Positions 49,591 through 62,054 of a stretch of DNA of 64,000 nt are shown here, piece after piece. A model generated the notes under the pieces. That model saw only the letters and a program-made list of their open reading frames with translations, was not told the origin of the DNA and searched no databases. The first letter of the stretch is position 1, and every line of letters begins with the position of its first letter. The stretch comes from Veleropilina oligotropha (taxonomy: Eukaryota): positions 372,001 through 436,000 of the forward strand of contig JBEUKZ010000115.1 of NCBI GenBank assembly GCA_048128005.1, given 5' to 3'. Made by a program: the position numbers and the translations under genes.

Positions 49591-52248
49591 CAACCAGCTG
49601 AGATATAGATGGATGCTCAATGTCCTGTATATTTACATCCAGCTGAGATATAGATGGATGCTCAATGTCCTGTATATTTACAACCAGCTGAGTTATAGAT
49701 GGATGCTCAATGTCCTGTATATTTACAACCAGCTGAGATATAGATGGATGCTCAATGTCCTGTATATTTACAACCAGCTGAGATATAGATGGATGCTCAA
49801 TGTCCTGTATATTTACATCCAGCTGAGATATAGATGGATGCTCAATGTCCTGTATATTTACATCCAGCTGAGATATAGATGGATGCTCAATGTCCTGTAT
49901 ATTTACAACCAGCTGAGATATAGATGGATGCTCAATGTCCTGTATATTTACAACCAGCTGAGTTATAGATGGATGCTCAATGTCCTGTATATTTACATCC
50001 AGCTGAGATATAGATGGATGCTCGATGTCCTGTATATTTACATCCAGCTGAGATATAGATGGATGCTCAATGTCCTGTATATTTACAACCAGCTGAGTTA
50101 TAGATGGATGCTCAATGTCCTGTATATTTACAACCAGCTGAGTTATAGATGGATGCTCAATGTCCTGTATATTTACATCCAGCTGAGATATAGATGGATG
50201 CTCAATGTCCTGTATATTTACATCCAGCTGAGATATAGATGGATGCTCAATGTCCTGTATATTTACATCCAGCTGAGATATAGATGGATGCTCAATGTCC
50301 TGTATATTTACAACCAGCTGAGATATAGATGGATGCTCAATGTCCTGTATATTTACATCCAGCTGAGATATAGATGGATGCTCAATGTCCTGTATATTTA
50401 CAACCAGCTGAGATATAGATGGATGCTCAATGTCCTGTATATTTACAACCAGCTGAGATAGATGGATGCTCAATGTCCTGTATATTTACATCCAGCTGAG
50501 ATATAGATGGATGCTCAATGTCCTGTATATTTACATCCAGCTGAGATATAGATGGATGCTCAATGTCCTGTATATTTACAACCAGCTGAGATATAGATGG
50601 ATGCTCAATGTCCTGTATATTTACATCCAGCTGAGATATAGATGGATGCTCAATGTCCTGTATATTTACATCCAGCTGAGATATAGATGGATGCTCAATG
50701 TCCTGTATATTTACATCCAGCTGAGATATAGATGGATGCTCAATGTCCTGTATATTTACAACCAGCTGAGATATAGATGGATGCTCAATGTCCTGTATAT
50801 TTACATCCAGCTGAGATATAGATGGATGCTCAATGTCCTTTATATTTACATCCAGCTGAGATATAGATGGATGCTCAATGTCCTGTATATTTACAACCAG
50901 CTGAGATATAGATGGATGCTCAATGTCCTGTATATTTACAACCAGCTGAGATATAGATGGATGCTCAATGTCCTGTATATTTACATCCAGCTGAGATATA
51001 GATGGATGCTCAATGTCCTGTATATTTACAACCAGCTGAGATATAGATGGATGCTCAATGTCCTGTATATTTACAACCAGCTGAGATATAGATGGATGCT
51101 CAATGTCCTGTATATTTACATCCAGCTGAGATATAGATGGATGCTCAATGTCCTGTATATTTACATCCAGCTGAGATATAGATGGATGCTCAATGTCCTG
51201 TATATTTACAACCAGCTGAGATATAGATGGATGCTCAATGTCCTGTATATTTACAACCAGCTGAGATATAGATGGATGCTCAATGTCCTGTATATTTACA
51301 TCCAGCTGAGATATAGATGGATGCTCAATGTCCTGTATATTTACAACCAGCTGAGATATAGATGGATGCTCAATGTCCTGTATATTTACAACCAGCTGAG
51401 ATATAGATGGATGCTCAATGTCCTGTATATTTACAACCAGCTGAGATATAGATGGATGCTCAATGTCCTGTATATTTACATCCAGCTGAGATATAGATGG
51501 ATGATCAATGTCCTGTATATTTACATCCAGCTGAGATATAGATGGATGCTCAATGTCCTGTATATTTACAACCAGCTGAGATATAGATGGATGCTCAATG
51601 TCCTGTATATTTACATCCAGCTGAGATATAGATGGATGCTCAATGTCCTGTATATTTACATCCAGCTGAGATATAGATGGATGCTCAATGTCCTGTATAT
51701 TTACAACCAGCTGAGATATAGATGGATGCTCAATGTCCTGTATATTTACAACCAGCTGAGATATAGATGGATGCTCAATGTCCTGTATATTTACAACCAG
51801 CTGAGATATAGATGGATGCTCAATGTCCTGTATATTTACAACCAGCTGAGATATAGATGGATGCTCAATGTCCTGTATATTTACATCCAGCTGAGATATA
51901 GATGGATGCTCAATGTCCTGTATATTTACATCCAGCTGAGATATAGATGGATGCTCAATGTCCTGTATATTTACAACCAGCTGAGATATAGATGGATGCT
52001 CAATGTCCTGTATATTTACAACCAGCTGAGATATAGATGGATGCTCAATGTCCTGTATATTTACAACCAGCTGAGATATAGATGGATGCTCAATGTCCTG
52101 TATATTTACAACCAGCTGAGATATAGATGGATGCTCAATGTCCTGTATATTTACAACCAGCTGAGATATAGATGGATGCTCAATGTCCTGTATATTTACA
52201 ACCCGCTGAGATATAGATGGATGCTCAATGTCCTGTATATTTACATCC
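49591..52248. repeat. 45-bp minisatellite, about 59 copies, in a NAA38 intron
   Basis: Unit ca(a/t)ccagctgagatatagatggatgctcaatgtcctgtatattta. Confidence 0.97.
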
Positions 52249-53255
52249 TTTAGGCTCCAGGCAGGGCATGTCCATAATATCGCGGGAGGAAAGCCCGTTC
52301 ACACTCTCGATCCAGTTACGGACAACTGTGATTGATACCTGAGCTGTTAGCGCAATCGAGCCAGTGATTTCAGAGTCCACACTCAATAACATGACTACCG
52401 GGGCGGCTCTTGAACAATCGAGGACAGCTACCGGTATCAAGAGAATGAAGCTACAGTGTTTGACCATCAGAGTATAGAATCTCTGCATGCACATGTGACA
52501 TGAAATGATGAAGCAGGCAAGTAGAGACGTATGGCTACGGTGATTACATCATGGGCAAAGTACATGGTGGCAGAATGGATGCAGGCCAGTAGAGACACAT
52601 GACTGGGGTAATCCACAGTCCCTCGAAATTGCCAGGCAAACGCCCCATCCGTTGATTGCTATATAACAACGAAAAAATAGCGCAAATTGGTAAACACTCG
52701 CTATACACGGCCACAACTTAATTAAATCTCGAGGTATGTTCCTCATACTGGCCCGCCATTTGAATATCATACATCCATAGAGATTAAATAATCAATAACT
52801 CTGTAATAAATTTCATAGTAACTGTCATAAAGTATATATTTACAATACTAGTAGTTCATATGAGCTTGACTTATGACCCAGTGACCCCATCTTTGAACTT
52901 GGGCAAGGCCTAATGGTACACAAGGTGCCTACCAAATATGAAAGGTGTAGGTCTAGCGGTTCGTCATATATGCGACAGATAGGAATCTTGCAAGTCCAGA
53001 ACGGAAATACACAAAGATAATATTGACCTTTGACCCAGTGACCCCAACATTGAACTTAGGCAAGGCCTGATGGTAAACAAGGTGTATACCCTGTAACCCA
53101 ATATGACAGGTGTAAGTCTAGCGGTTTGCCTTCTATGTGACAGAAAGTAATCTTGCAAGTCAAAACCGAAAACACTCGAAAATGACGTTGACCCAGTGAC
53201 CCCATCTTTGAACTTAGGCAAGGCCTGATAGTATACAAAATTTATACCAAATATG

Positions 53256-54449
53256 AACAAGTGCTATCGTTATAGCGGTATCCCCCGCGGTAAAGCATTT
53301 TGTCAATATATGCAAGAAATAGATTTAATACAATGCTTTGATGGTATGGTGATTTTGATTGAAATTGGTCATTAATCCCTAGATCTATAATCAACCAGCA
53401 TATACATGTATAAAATATATCTTGAGCAGCACACATGCACTAATTGAATAACTTTGTCCAAACTTGCAAATGTAACACAATATTTGTGTTAAATTAATCA
53501 AAATTTATATGTCCAAATACACAAATTTAACACAGTTTTGTGTTAAAATGAATGCAACATCACTGCCAGAACAGCATGTAGCATCACAAAGTCAACCCAT
53601 ATGCACTCACTGAAAAAATTTCACAGAATATTTAAATTAATTATAATCAATATAGCTGTAACAATAGCAGGTAACAACTAAGAAGCATACACCAATGCAT
53701 ATGCTTGCAACAACATGTCTTGATCAATCAATATGCGGCAATTGAATAACTTCAACCGAAAATGTTTACTAAATTTCTATTGTCAATATGGCCAACACCA
53801 AAGTATATGCACTAAAAATGTGCTTTACTAAACCTATATATATGCAATAATCGAAAAACTAACCTAAAAAATGCAACAAAAATTTGTATATAAAACAACA
53901 TCAATTTCACAAATTATTTATATTAAATTTTGTTCAATATCACTAGCAGCTAACATCAATATAGCATCAGTGTGCACAAAAGTGCAATGAGCATTGTATA
54001 TATGCACTCTTTGAAAAACTTAAACCGAAAAATTTTAACTAAATATCTATGTCCCAAAACACCAATTTCATGCATTATTTATAAAAATTATAATATAAAT
54101 CATTGCCAGAGTATCAGGTCACATCCATATAACCATTACTAAATCTTGTATATGCGGAAATGTTCCTTGAGCAATCGATATACATTCAACCAAAAACTTT
54201 AACCGAAAAATATCTATGTTCAAAGTGCTTTTTTTTCACAAAATAAATAAAAAATCTTTTCGTTTTTGGTCCCAACTAAAGGCTAAACATGTCTACTTTC
54301 CATCTAAATAGGTTTGATTGAGTTATTCATCCATTAAATGCATGTAATACCTCATCCAAAAACTTGAACCAAAAGTGTGACCGGACGGACGGAGGCTATC
54401 CCTATATCTCCCTTCGTCTTTTTCCTTCGGAAGCCGCGGGGGATAAAAA
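53256..54449 (-). mobile_element. Nested HINE-like element
   Basis: Subterminal IR tatcccccgcgg/ccgcgggggata, (ggac)n microsatellite near 54383, hairpin gctatcgttatagc at the other end. Confidence 0.65.
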
Positions 54450-54595
54450 TGTAGGTCTAGCGTATAGTCTTCTATGTGACAGAAGCAATTTTGCAAGTCA
54501 ATGACGAAAATACACGAAAATGACCTTTAACCAAGTGATCCCATCTTTGAACTTAGGCAAGGCCTGCTGGTATTCAAGGTGTATTACCAAATATG

Positions 54596-57500
54596 ACAAG
54601 AAGTGCGGGAGCCACACATTATCCAGTCTGGTTTCTCATAATTGATGGAGTGTACATTGTTAAGGCCAAGTAAAATAATATGTGTGTTTAGGGTTACCCG
54701 ACCGTCCCTAAATAAACGTGCCGACCCTCCAACTTTTTATGACATATGCAAATAAATAGTAAAAAATGTGCGACCCTACCTATTTTCGAACATTTCTATA
54801 TCATGATTTTTTAGTTTCCGTAGCGTTGATTTTGCGTAATGTTTTTAGGAAATATTACAATATGTAAATTTGGGGTCCTTCGCAAAAATAGCGAATTACG
54901 AAATTTGTTTACTGCCATTTGGTTTTAACACGCCTCTATGTTTATGAATTATTGGTTGTTTTGTCAACTACTTGCCTGCATATATATGTGAATAAAATAT
55001 ATTTTCATGCCTTGTGTCCCTACTTTTATTTCATTATACGGTTATATGTCATTTTATCGCTTGAAATCTGCAACTTAACTTGGTAAAACATCGGGGTGAA
55101 ATGTGTGTTGAAGTAACTTTGGTCCGATATGAAAGCGTGATTTCAGCCAAATTATTAAATATTCAGTAGCGACCAGAAATAGCGATGATTCCAATTAGAT
55201 TTGAAATCTACGACGAAATACAACGTCTTCACAAACATTAGCCCATATTCAAATAGCTTAAAACCTATGCACCTGGTTGGTTGAATCGTTACATGCCATT
55301 GGGTTCGTCGAGCATGCACATGCACATTTTCAATTAATGTGACACTTTTAGCAATTTTTCAGCCATGTCGTAAATGGAACACCCAGTTTAAGGTCTCGCT
55401 CCGATCTGATCGACATACATTATAAGTTGTCGGCATTGCCCGAGGGGAATATGGGTCTATGTACCTGTTTGTGATAATTTATTAACCGAGACGAAGTCGA
55501 GGTTATTAAATTATCACAAACGGTACATAGACCCATATTTCACGAGGGCTATGCCGACAACGAATTTATCTTACTTCAATATAATAAAATCAAGCCTTTT
55601 GAACAAGTTTCTTTTCCAACTTCGTAACTCCGTGAAAGAATCCATTTTATATATGCTATTGTTGTTACGAAAAAAACGCATTATATACATTATATAAAAT
55701 ATTGAAGATATTCTGACGCGCCCATTAGAATGAAATAATAATGCCTAGCAACCGTCACTCTCCAGGCAGAGAAATTAAGAATACTCTGTACAGTACGATA
55801 AAGAAATGACGTCTCTGCGCAGGAGAATAATAGGAAGTCGAAGTAAACAACAAAATTAGCTAAATAAGGATAATTGGATATTCATTTTACATGAAAATGT
55901 CAAAAGTGTAAAGCGTTACGACTATAAAATGAAATTGATGCAAAATTTTCGAAACGATTAACGATTCCAAGACTTAACATTTGCATTGATGTTTTGGCAG
56001 ACATGTTCACAATTATCTCCCTTGTCTTCGAGGGCGCTCCAAATCACAATAGTACACACAACTACGTAAGGTATAAATAATTCATATACCCCGCCTGGGT
56101 GGGGAATACGGTAATTGCAGTATTAAGAGCTAAAGTAAGATAATTAGGGATATGCCTTCTATAATTTTAAGCGGTATAACGGACCGCCGCTGGTTTCGAA
56201 CCCGGGACCAACTAACGACTTCAGTTGACAGTCTGACGAGCTAACCACTCACCTGCTGATGCCGCTAGACAGATGAACAATATCGGTGATCTAGCTAGGA
56301 AATTGGATGTGGTCAAGTGTCGGCAAATTTAGACATTACAGGAGCTGAGACTGCATGACAAATTGAAAAAAGAGGAAAGGAAAACATGTTCTAGCAGAGC
56401 AGGATAACTTATTTAAAGTTGATTTTAAGACACTGTCACAGATATAGATAGATTTTTTTTTTCTTATTCGCACATTAGTGGCATATACATAATTATTGAG
56501 CATTTCTTATACTTCACGTATAAAACATTTAAGGTGATTAATCCATATGTCGTCATGACCGCTGCGGTAGTCATGTGGTATCAAGTACCAACTCCGACAA
56601 TAACATTCTTTGTTCAGTTACCATCTCAGTTGTTCATAACTGACCGGGGGTTTTCCAACCGGGATTTCGTCCAGCGACAATATGGACTTGTCCGGATTGA
56701 ACCTGAAGGCTGTAAGTATACCTGGCATTATAAGCATCGATTCGATCTCATCCAGTCCATCATCTTGCTAAAGAAATGTATATTTTTAAGAATTGGAAAA
56801 GTGTATGTACTCTTGGGTCATCCTTTCTTATAATCGGTTCATGAAACACTTTGTGAATTCAAAAACAGGTAATATTCAACATGCTTGAAGATTAAAATTA
56901 GGAACAATTTTTTCTTCGATGCCCTACCTACCCTAAAATTAAATTTTAGATAAATAATTTTTTACAGCCTACCTTCCTACCCTATTTTCAAAAGCGATGT
57001 AACCCTAAACACACATATTATTTTACTTGGCCTAAGTTGATAAAGGGGAATAACTGTGCACATACTTGGCAAAATTTTAGCAAAATCTAACATGACCCCC
57101 TGTGTTTTATTTGCAAAACAGTCACAAGATGCGAACAATATCTGATGCGAGGTTATGAAGATGATTGATGGAAACTAAATATCAATGTCGAAAAAGGGAA
57201 AGTTTATATCGAAAAAGGGGAATAACTGTGCAAAAATTTGGCAGAATAATCTGAAATTCAATAGTTTATGTCCCAATAAACCTTCATACCAAATTTGAAC
57301 TCCCTAGCTGTTACGGTTTTCCTTATATCATGTTCACGTCGTCCGAAAAGGAAAGTTTGTCGAAAAAGGGGGATAACTGTGCAAATATTTGGCGGAATAA
57401 TCTGAAATTCAAGAGCAACCTAGGTTATGTCCCAATAAAACTGCAAACCAAATTTGAATTCCCTAGCTTTTCCTGATATCCCATTCACGTCGTCAGATAC

Positions 57501-58190
57501 GGAAATTTTGTTGAAATAGGGGGATAACTGCAAATATTTGGCGGAATAATCTGAAATTCAATAGCAACCTAGTTTATGGCCCAATTAACCAGCATACCAA
57601 ATTCGAATCCCCTAGCTATTATGGTTTTCTGATATCCTGTTCACGTCGACCAAAACAAAAATTCTGTCAAAAGGGGGAATAACTGTGGAAATATTTGGCG
57701 GAAGAATCTGAAATTCAATAGCAACCTAGTTTATGTCCCAATAAACCTGCATACCACATTTGACTTCCCTAGCTGGTACGGTTTTCCTGATATCGTGATC
57801 ACGTCATCCAAAACGAAAATTCTGTCGAAAAAGGGGGATAACTATGGAAATATTTGGCAGAAGAATCTGAAATTCAATAGCAACCTAGTTTATGTCCCAA
57901 TAAACCTGCATACCAAATTTGAATTCCCTAGCTGGTACTGTTTTCCTGATATCGTGATCACGTCATCCAAAACGAAAACTGTCGAAAGAGGGGGATGACT
58001 GTGGAAATATTTGGCGGAAGAATCCGAAATTCAATAGCAACCTAGTTTATGTCCCAATAAACCTGCATACCAAATTTGAATTCTCTAGCTGGTACGGTTT
58101 TCCTGATATCGTGATCACGTCGTTTATACAGACGGATGGACTACGTGACGACATAATCCCATCGTTTTTTCAAAACCGATGGGATAAAAA
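54596..58190 (-). mobile_element. Nested HINE-like element with about 160-bp tandem units (57040-58125), interrupted by the Harbinger-type element
   Basis: About six units aaagggggataactgtg..aatctgaaattcaatagcaacctag..cataccaaatttgaa; acagacggatggac microsatellite and hairpin cccatcg..cgatggg at the end. Left boundary less certain. Confidence 0.65.
54664..57032. mobile_element. Non-autonomous PIF/Harbinger-type element carrying nested insertions
   Basis: Perfect 34-bp TIR ggccaagtaaaataatatgtgtgtttagggttac; TAA on both flanks. Confidence 0.88.
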
Positions 58191-58460
58191 GCATAGGTCC
58201 AGCTGTTCGTCTTCTATGTGACAGAAAGCGATCAGCGGACGTCAACGCCGACGGACGCCAGTTCACGACTATAATGAGATGAAGATTACAACTTTTTTGC
58301 TTGTCACTTGAAGATAAATGACGGTATAGCAATTAATGGGTGGCACGTTTGCATGGTGATTTCGATTTGCTTTTTCAATGTTGTGATGTGTCGTGGAGGG
58401 TCTGTGGGTAATCAATCACATCATGGATGAGGATGGCAGAATGGACGCAACATGCAGAGC

Positions 58461-58717
58461 GGAGGAGGAATGATGCTTAATGTCCTGTATATTTACAACA
58501 TCGAGGTTCAAGGCAGGACATGTCCGTGTTATCACGAGAGGAAACCCCGGTCGCCCGGGTAAACCCGCCCTCTTCGGCCAGTCACGGAAAACTGTGATTC
58601 ATAACTTGAACAAATGTCAATGCCTCAGCCAGGTATTGAACCCATTACTGTTCGCATTAACGGAATCAAGACAGTGAATTTAGAGTGGACACTACCAACT
58701 GCGCTGCCGAAGCGGCC
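58461..58717 (-). mobile_element. Same SINE family, full length
   Basis: Close match to 61790-62054 along its whole length. Confidence 0.85.
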
Positions 58718-58720
58718 GTT

Positions 58721-59911
58721 GATGCAGACCAGGTGATGGAGTCATTGGTCCCCGACCTCCAGTCGTACAGATGCAGAGCGGGTGATGGAGTCATTGGTCC
58801 CCGACCTCCAGATGCAGAGCGGGTGATGGAGTCATTGGTCCCCGACCTCCAGATGCAGAGCGGGTGATGGAGTCATTGGTCCCCGACCTCCAGTCATACA
58901 GATGCAGAGCGGGTGATGGAGTCATTGGTCCCCGACCTCCGGTCATACAGAGCGGGTGATGGAGTCATTGGTCCCCGACCTCCAGTCATACAGAGCGGGT
59001 GATGGAGTCATTGGTCCCCGACCTCCAGTCATACAGATGCAGAGCGGGTGATGGAGTCATTGGTCCCCGACCTCCGGTCATACAGAGCGGGTGATGGAGT
59101 CATTGGTCCCCGACCTCCAGTCATACAGATGCAGAGCGGGTGATGGAGTCATTGGTCCCCGACCTCCAGTCATACAGAGCGGGTGATGGAGTCATTGGTC
59201 CCTGACCTCCAGTCATTGGTCCCCGACCTCCAGTCGTTGGTCCCCGACCTCCAGTCGTTGGTCCCCGACCTCCAGTCGTTGGTCCCCGACCTCCAGTCGT
59301 TGGTCCCCGACCTCCAGTCGTTGGTCCCCGACCTCCAGTCGTTGGTCCCCGACCTCCAGTCGTTGGTCCCCGACCTCCAGTCGTTGGTCCCCGACCTCCA
59401 GTCGTTGGTCCCCGACCTCCAGTCGTTGGTCCCCGACCTCCAGTCGTTGGTCCCCGACCTCCAGTCGTTGGTCCCCGACCTCCAGTCGTTGGTCCCCGAC
59501 CTCCAGTCGTTGGTCCCCGACCTCCAGTCGTTGGTCCCCGACCTCCAGTCGTTGGTCCCCGACCTCCAGTCGTTGGTCCCCGACCTCCAGTCATTGGTCC
59601 CCGACCTCCAGTCATTGGTCCCCGACCTCCAGTCATACAGAGCGGGTGATGGAGTCATTGGTCCCCGACCTCCAGTCATACAGAGCGGGTGATGGAGTCA
59701 TTGGTCCCCGACCTCCAGTCATACAGAGCGGGTGATGGAGTCATTGGTCCCCGACCTCCAGTCATACAGAGCGGGTGATGGAGTCATTGGTCCCCGACCT
59801 CCAGTCATTGGTCCCCGACCTCCAGTCGTTGGTCCCCGACCGCCAGTCATTGGTCCCCGACCTCCAGTCATTGGTCCCCGACCTCCAGTCATTGGTCCCC
59901 GACCTCCAGTC
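58721..59911. repeat. Compound minisatellite: 43/49-bp units plus a 21-bp sub-unit expansion
   Basis: (gatgca)gagcgggtgatggagtcattggtccccgacctccagtcataca units around a run of about 20 x gtcgttggtccccgacctcca (about 59191-59635). Confidence 0.95.
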
Positions 59912-61789
59912 GTGACTTGGTTTGGTTTAGATCGATGCTTCATGTCCTGATTTTAACAACCTTCAGATTCGTACATGGACATAATATATCGATGGATAAT
60001 TCGTCCTTACCAGCCAGTTATGGTCAACTGCGCCTGCTAACTGTAAGTGACTGACGAAACTTCCTTGAATTAATTGAATAATAAAGTCTGCCACATGTAA
60101 TTTGTGTTAATGTAACGTTCGCATGTTGCTATTGACAATCGCAGGGGCATAATAGGAATCGATAAATGAATATGCGATAATTCGCAGCGCACCACAATAT
60201 ACCCAAGGGTGGTTGTTTCGTACCTTGATAGTATTATTTATACAATGTGAACCTTACCATATACAATGTCCCTACAGCATGTGGGCACACTATATGTCAA
60301 CAAGTTACTTATATACCATAAGCGCTTGCCTACCAATGATAATTATGTCAATGTGTCAAGGCCAATTTATTTTTTGTGTATTTACTTTCTGTCTCTTTGA
60401 TAATTTTTTTTAAAAATTGACCATAACTCTCATTCTGCTTTGACAAGACTGTTCAAACTTCGCAGACATATTAGTGCATATGCTAAGTTACGTTTGCTAA
60501 TTAAATTTTCCAAAACAATGTAAATTATCGAAAAAATGTTAACTTATTAAATTCAAAATTCAGAAGTGGACAGGTATAATAGGGAAATCGTGTGAAACTG
60601 CAAAATTGATTTTCTAGGAATTGCAGTTTGGATGCTATCTTGTATTTTCCAAAAAATTGACCTCTTTTTAAAAAATCTCCGAAACAGCCAAACAAATCGA
60701 GGCGCCAATCAGGATATATTATATAGACAATATAAAGAAATAAATTTGCACAGGAAAATTTCATCGGATGTAAAATAAGGTGGCTACGGCTATTACAATC
60801 TTTAAAAAAAATGAACTTTTCACATTTTTTATATCGGTTCTAAATCTTATGCAGATTTATCTATTCGTTTCAATGTTGACTGGGAGGGTTGATGCTTATG
60901 TTAAGTTATGTTTGCTGCATATAGATCATCTACATCTTTACAAGGAATATATGTTATGATTTTTATGAAATTTGACCCATCCGTTCAAGATTTAACTTTT
61001 TTATTGGTCTAATTAGTAGTAGGCGTAAATTTCAAATTTTGACATTGATATATTGCATACCCTTTGGATGGCACACAGTGACTTTAACTTTTTAGCTTTG
61101 CTTGAAGCCCTGTACAGCTGCTTGCAGTTTTAATTAGGGCTTCGTGTTTTAGACACGAAGACCTATTGTTATTCTATGAATTATTCTTATTATTTTTTTT
61201 CTGCCAATTTTAGTAACAGCTGTAACTCAAAAACTGCTTTTACCAAGCGTTTCAATCTTGAACAAAATGCGGGTACATAAGCGAAGTTTTATTTCGTGAA
61301 GTTTTGACATCGTAGGCCACGGCGTGCGGCCGCCATCTTGGATTTATTGAAATTTTAACCTTTTCTTAAAATATCTTCTCAAAAACCATTTAAGCCTGCG
61401 AGGCGGAACTTTCCAGATATGATGTACGTCTTATGACAAAATTATATTGCAAGCGAAAATTCGATGTCGTAAAACAAGGGGGCTGCGGCCATCCGAATGA
61501 TGAGGGAAAATTGTAATTTTCAACTTTTTTATATCTGCTATAAATCTTACTTTTCAAACTTCGCATGAGTATAAGTGTATATGATTAGTTACTTTTGATG
61601 CAAAGAGATCGTCGATGCGTCTTTTGGTTTGTACGAAAATTTGGATCGAATAAAAATATTAAAACGTGATTTCCTCATTAAATGTAGGGCCGTTCGAGCT
61701 GGAAAAAAGTACACATGACCATACCGTCTATAGACTAGTTAAAGAACTGAAACTTGACCATGACGGCTTCAGGTAGTATTTTAGAATGA

Positions 61790-62054
61790 GGAGGAGAAGG
61801 AGGAATTATGCTTAATGTCCTGTATATTTATAACATCGAGGTTCAAGGCAGGACATGTCCGTGTTATCGCGGGAGGAAACCCCGGTCGCCGGGTAAACCC
61901 GCCCTCTTCGGCCAGTCACGGACAACTGTGCTTCATAACTTGAACAAATATGTGCTGCCTCAGCCGGGGGTCGATCCCACTACTGTTCGCGTCAGCGGAA
62001 ACAAGCCAGTGAATTTAGAGTGGACACTCTACCCCCTGCGCTACCGAAGCGGCC
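61790..62054 (-). mobile_element. Full-length tRNA-derived SINE (V-domain-like family) with a 14-bp TSD
   Basis: TSD gtattttagaatga at 61776-61789 and 62055-62068; A/B-box-like head, central gggtttacccggcgaccggggtttcctccc resembling the V-SINE domain, (CCT)n-like tail. Confidence 0.88.

Larger units (their letters stand above)
52726..58276 (-). mobile_element. Inverted second copy of the same host family, also multiply interrupted
   Basis: 52726-52860 is the reverse complement of about 36560-36685; 58240-58273 is the reverse complement of about 26685-26715; the same units lie between. Confidence 0.7.

Noticed and set aside
49394..52253. 355-, 296- and 595-aa ORFs
   Set aside because: A 45-bp unit is a multiple of three, so open frames persist; sequence derives from a SINE tail.
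12983..59911. Arrays as CRISPR-like loci
   Set aside because: Units are head-to-tail with no unique spacers, no cas genes, and the context is a spliced eukaryotic locus.
59121..59950. TTGGRGP / SLVPDLQ repeat ORFs
   Set aside because: 21-bp unit open in several frames at once; no splice or domain support.
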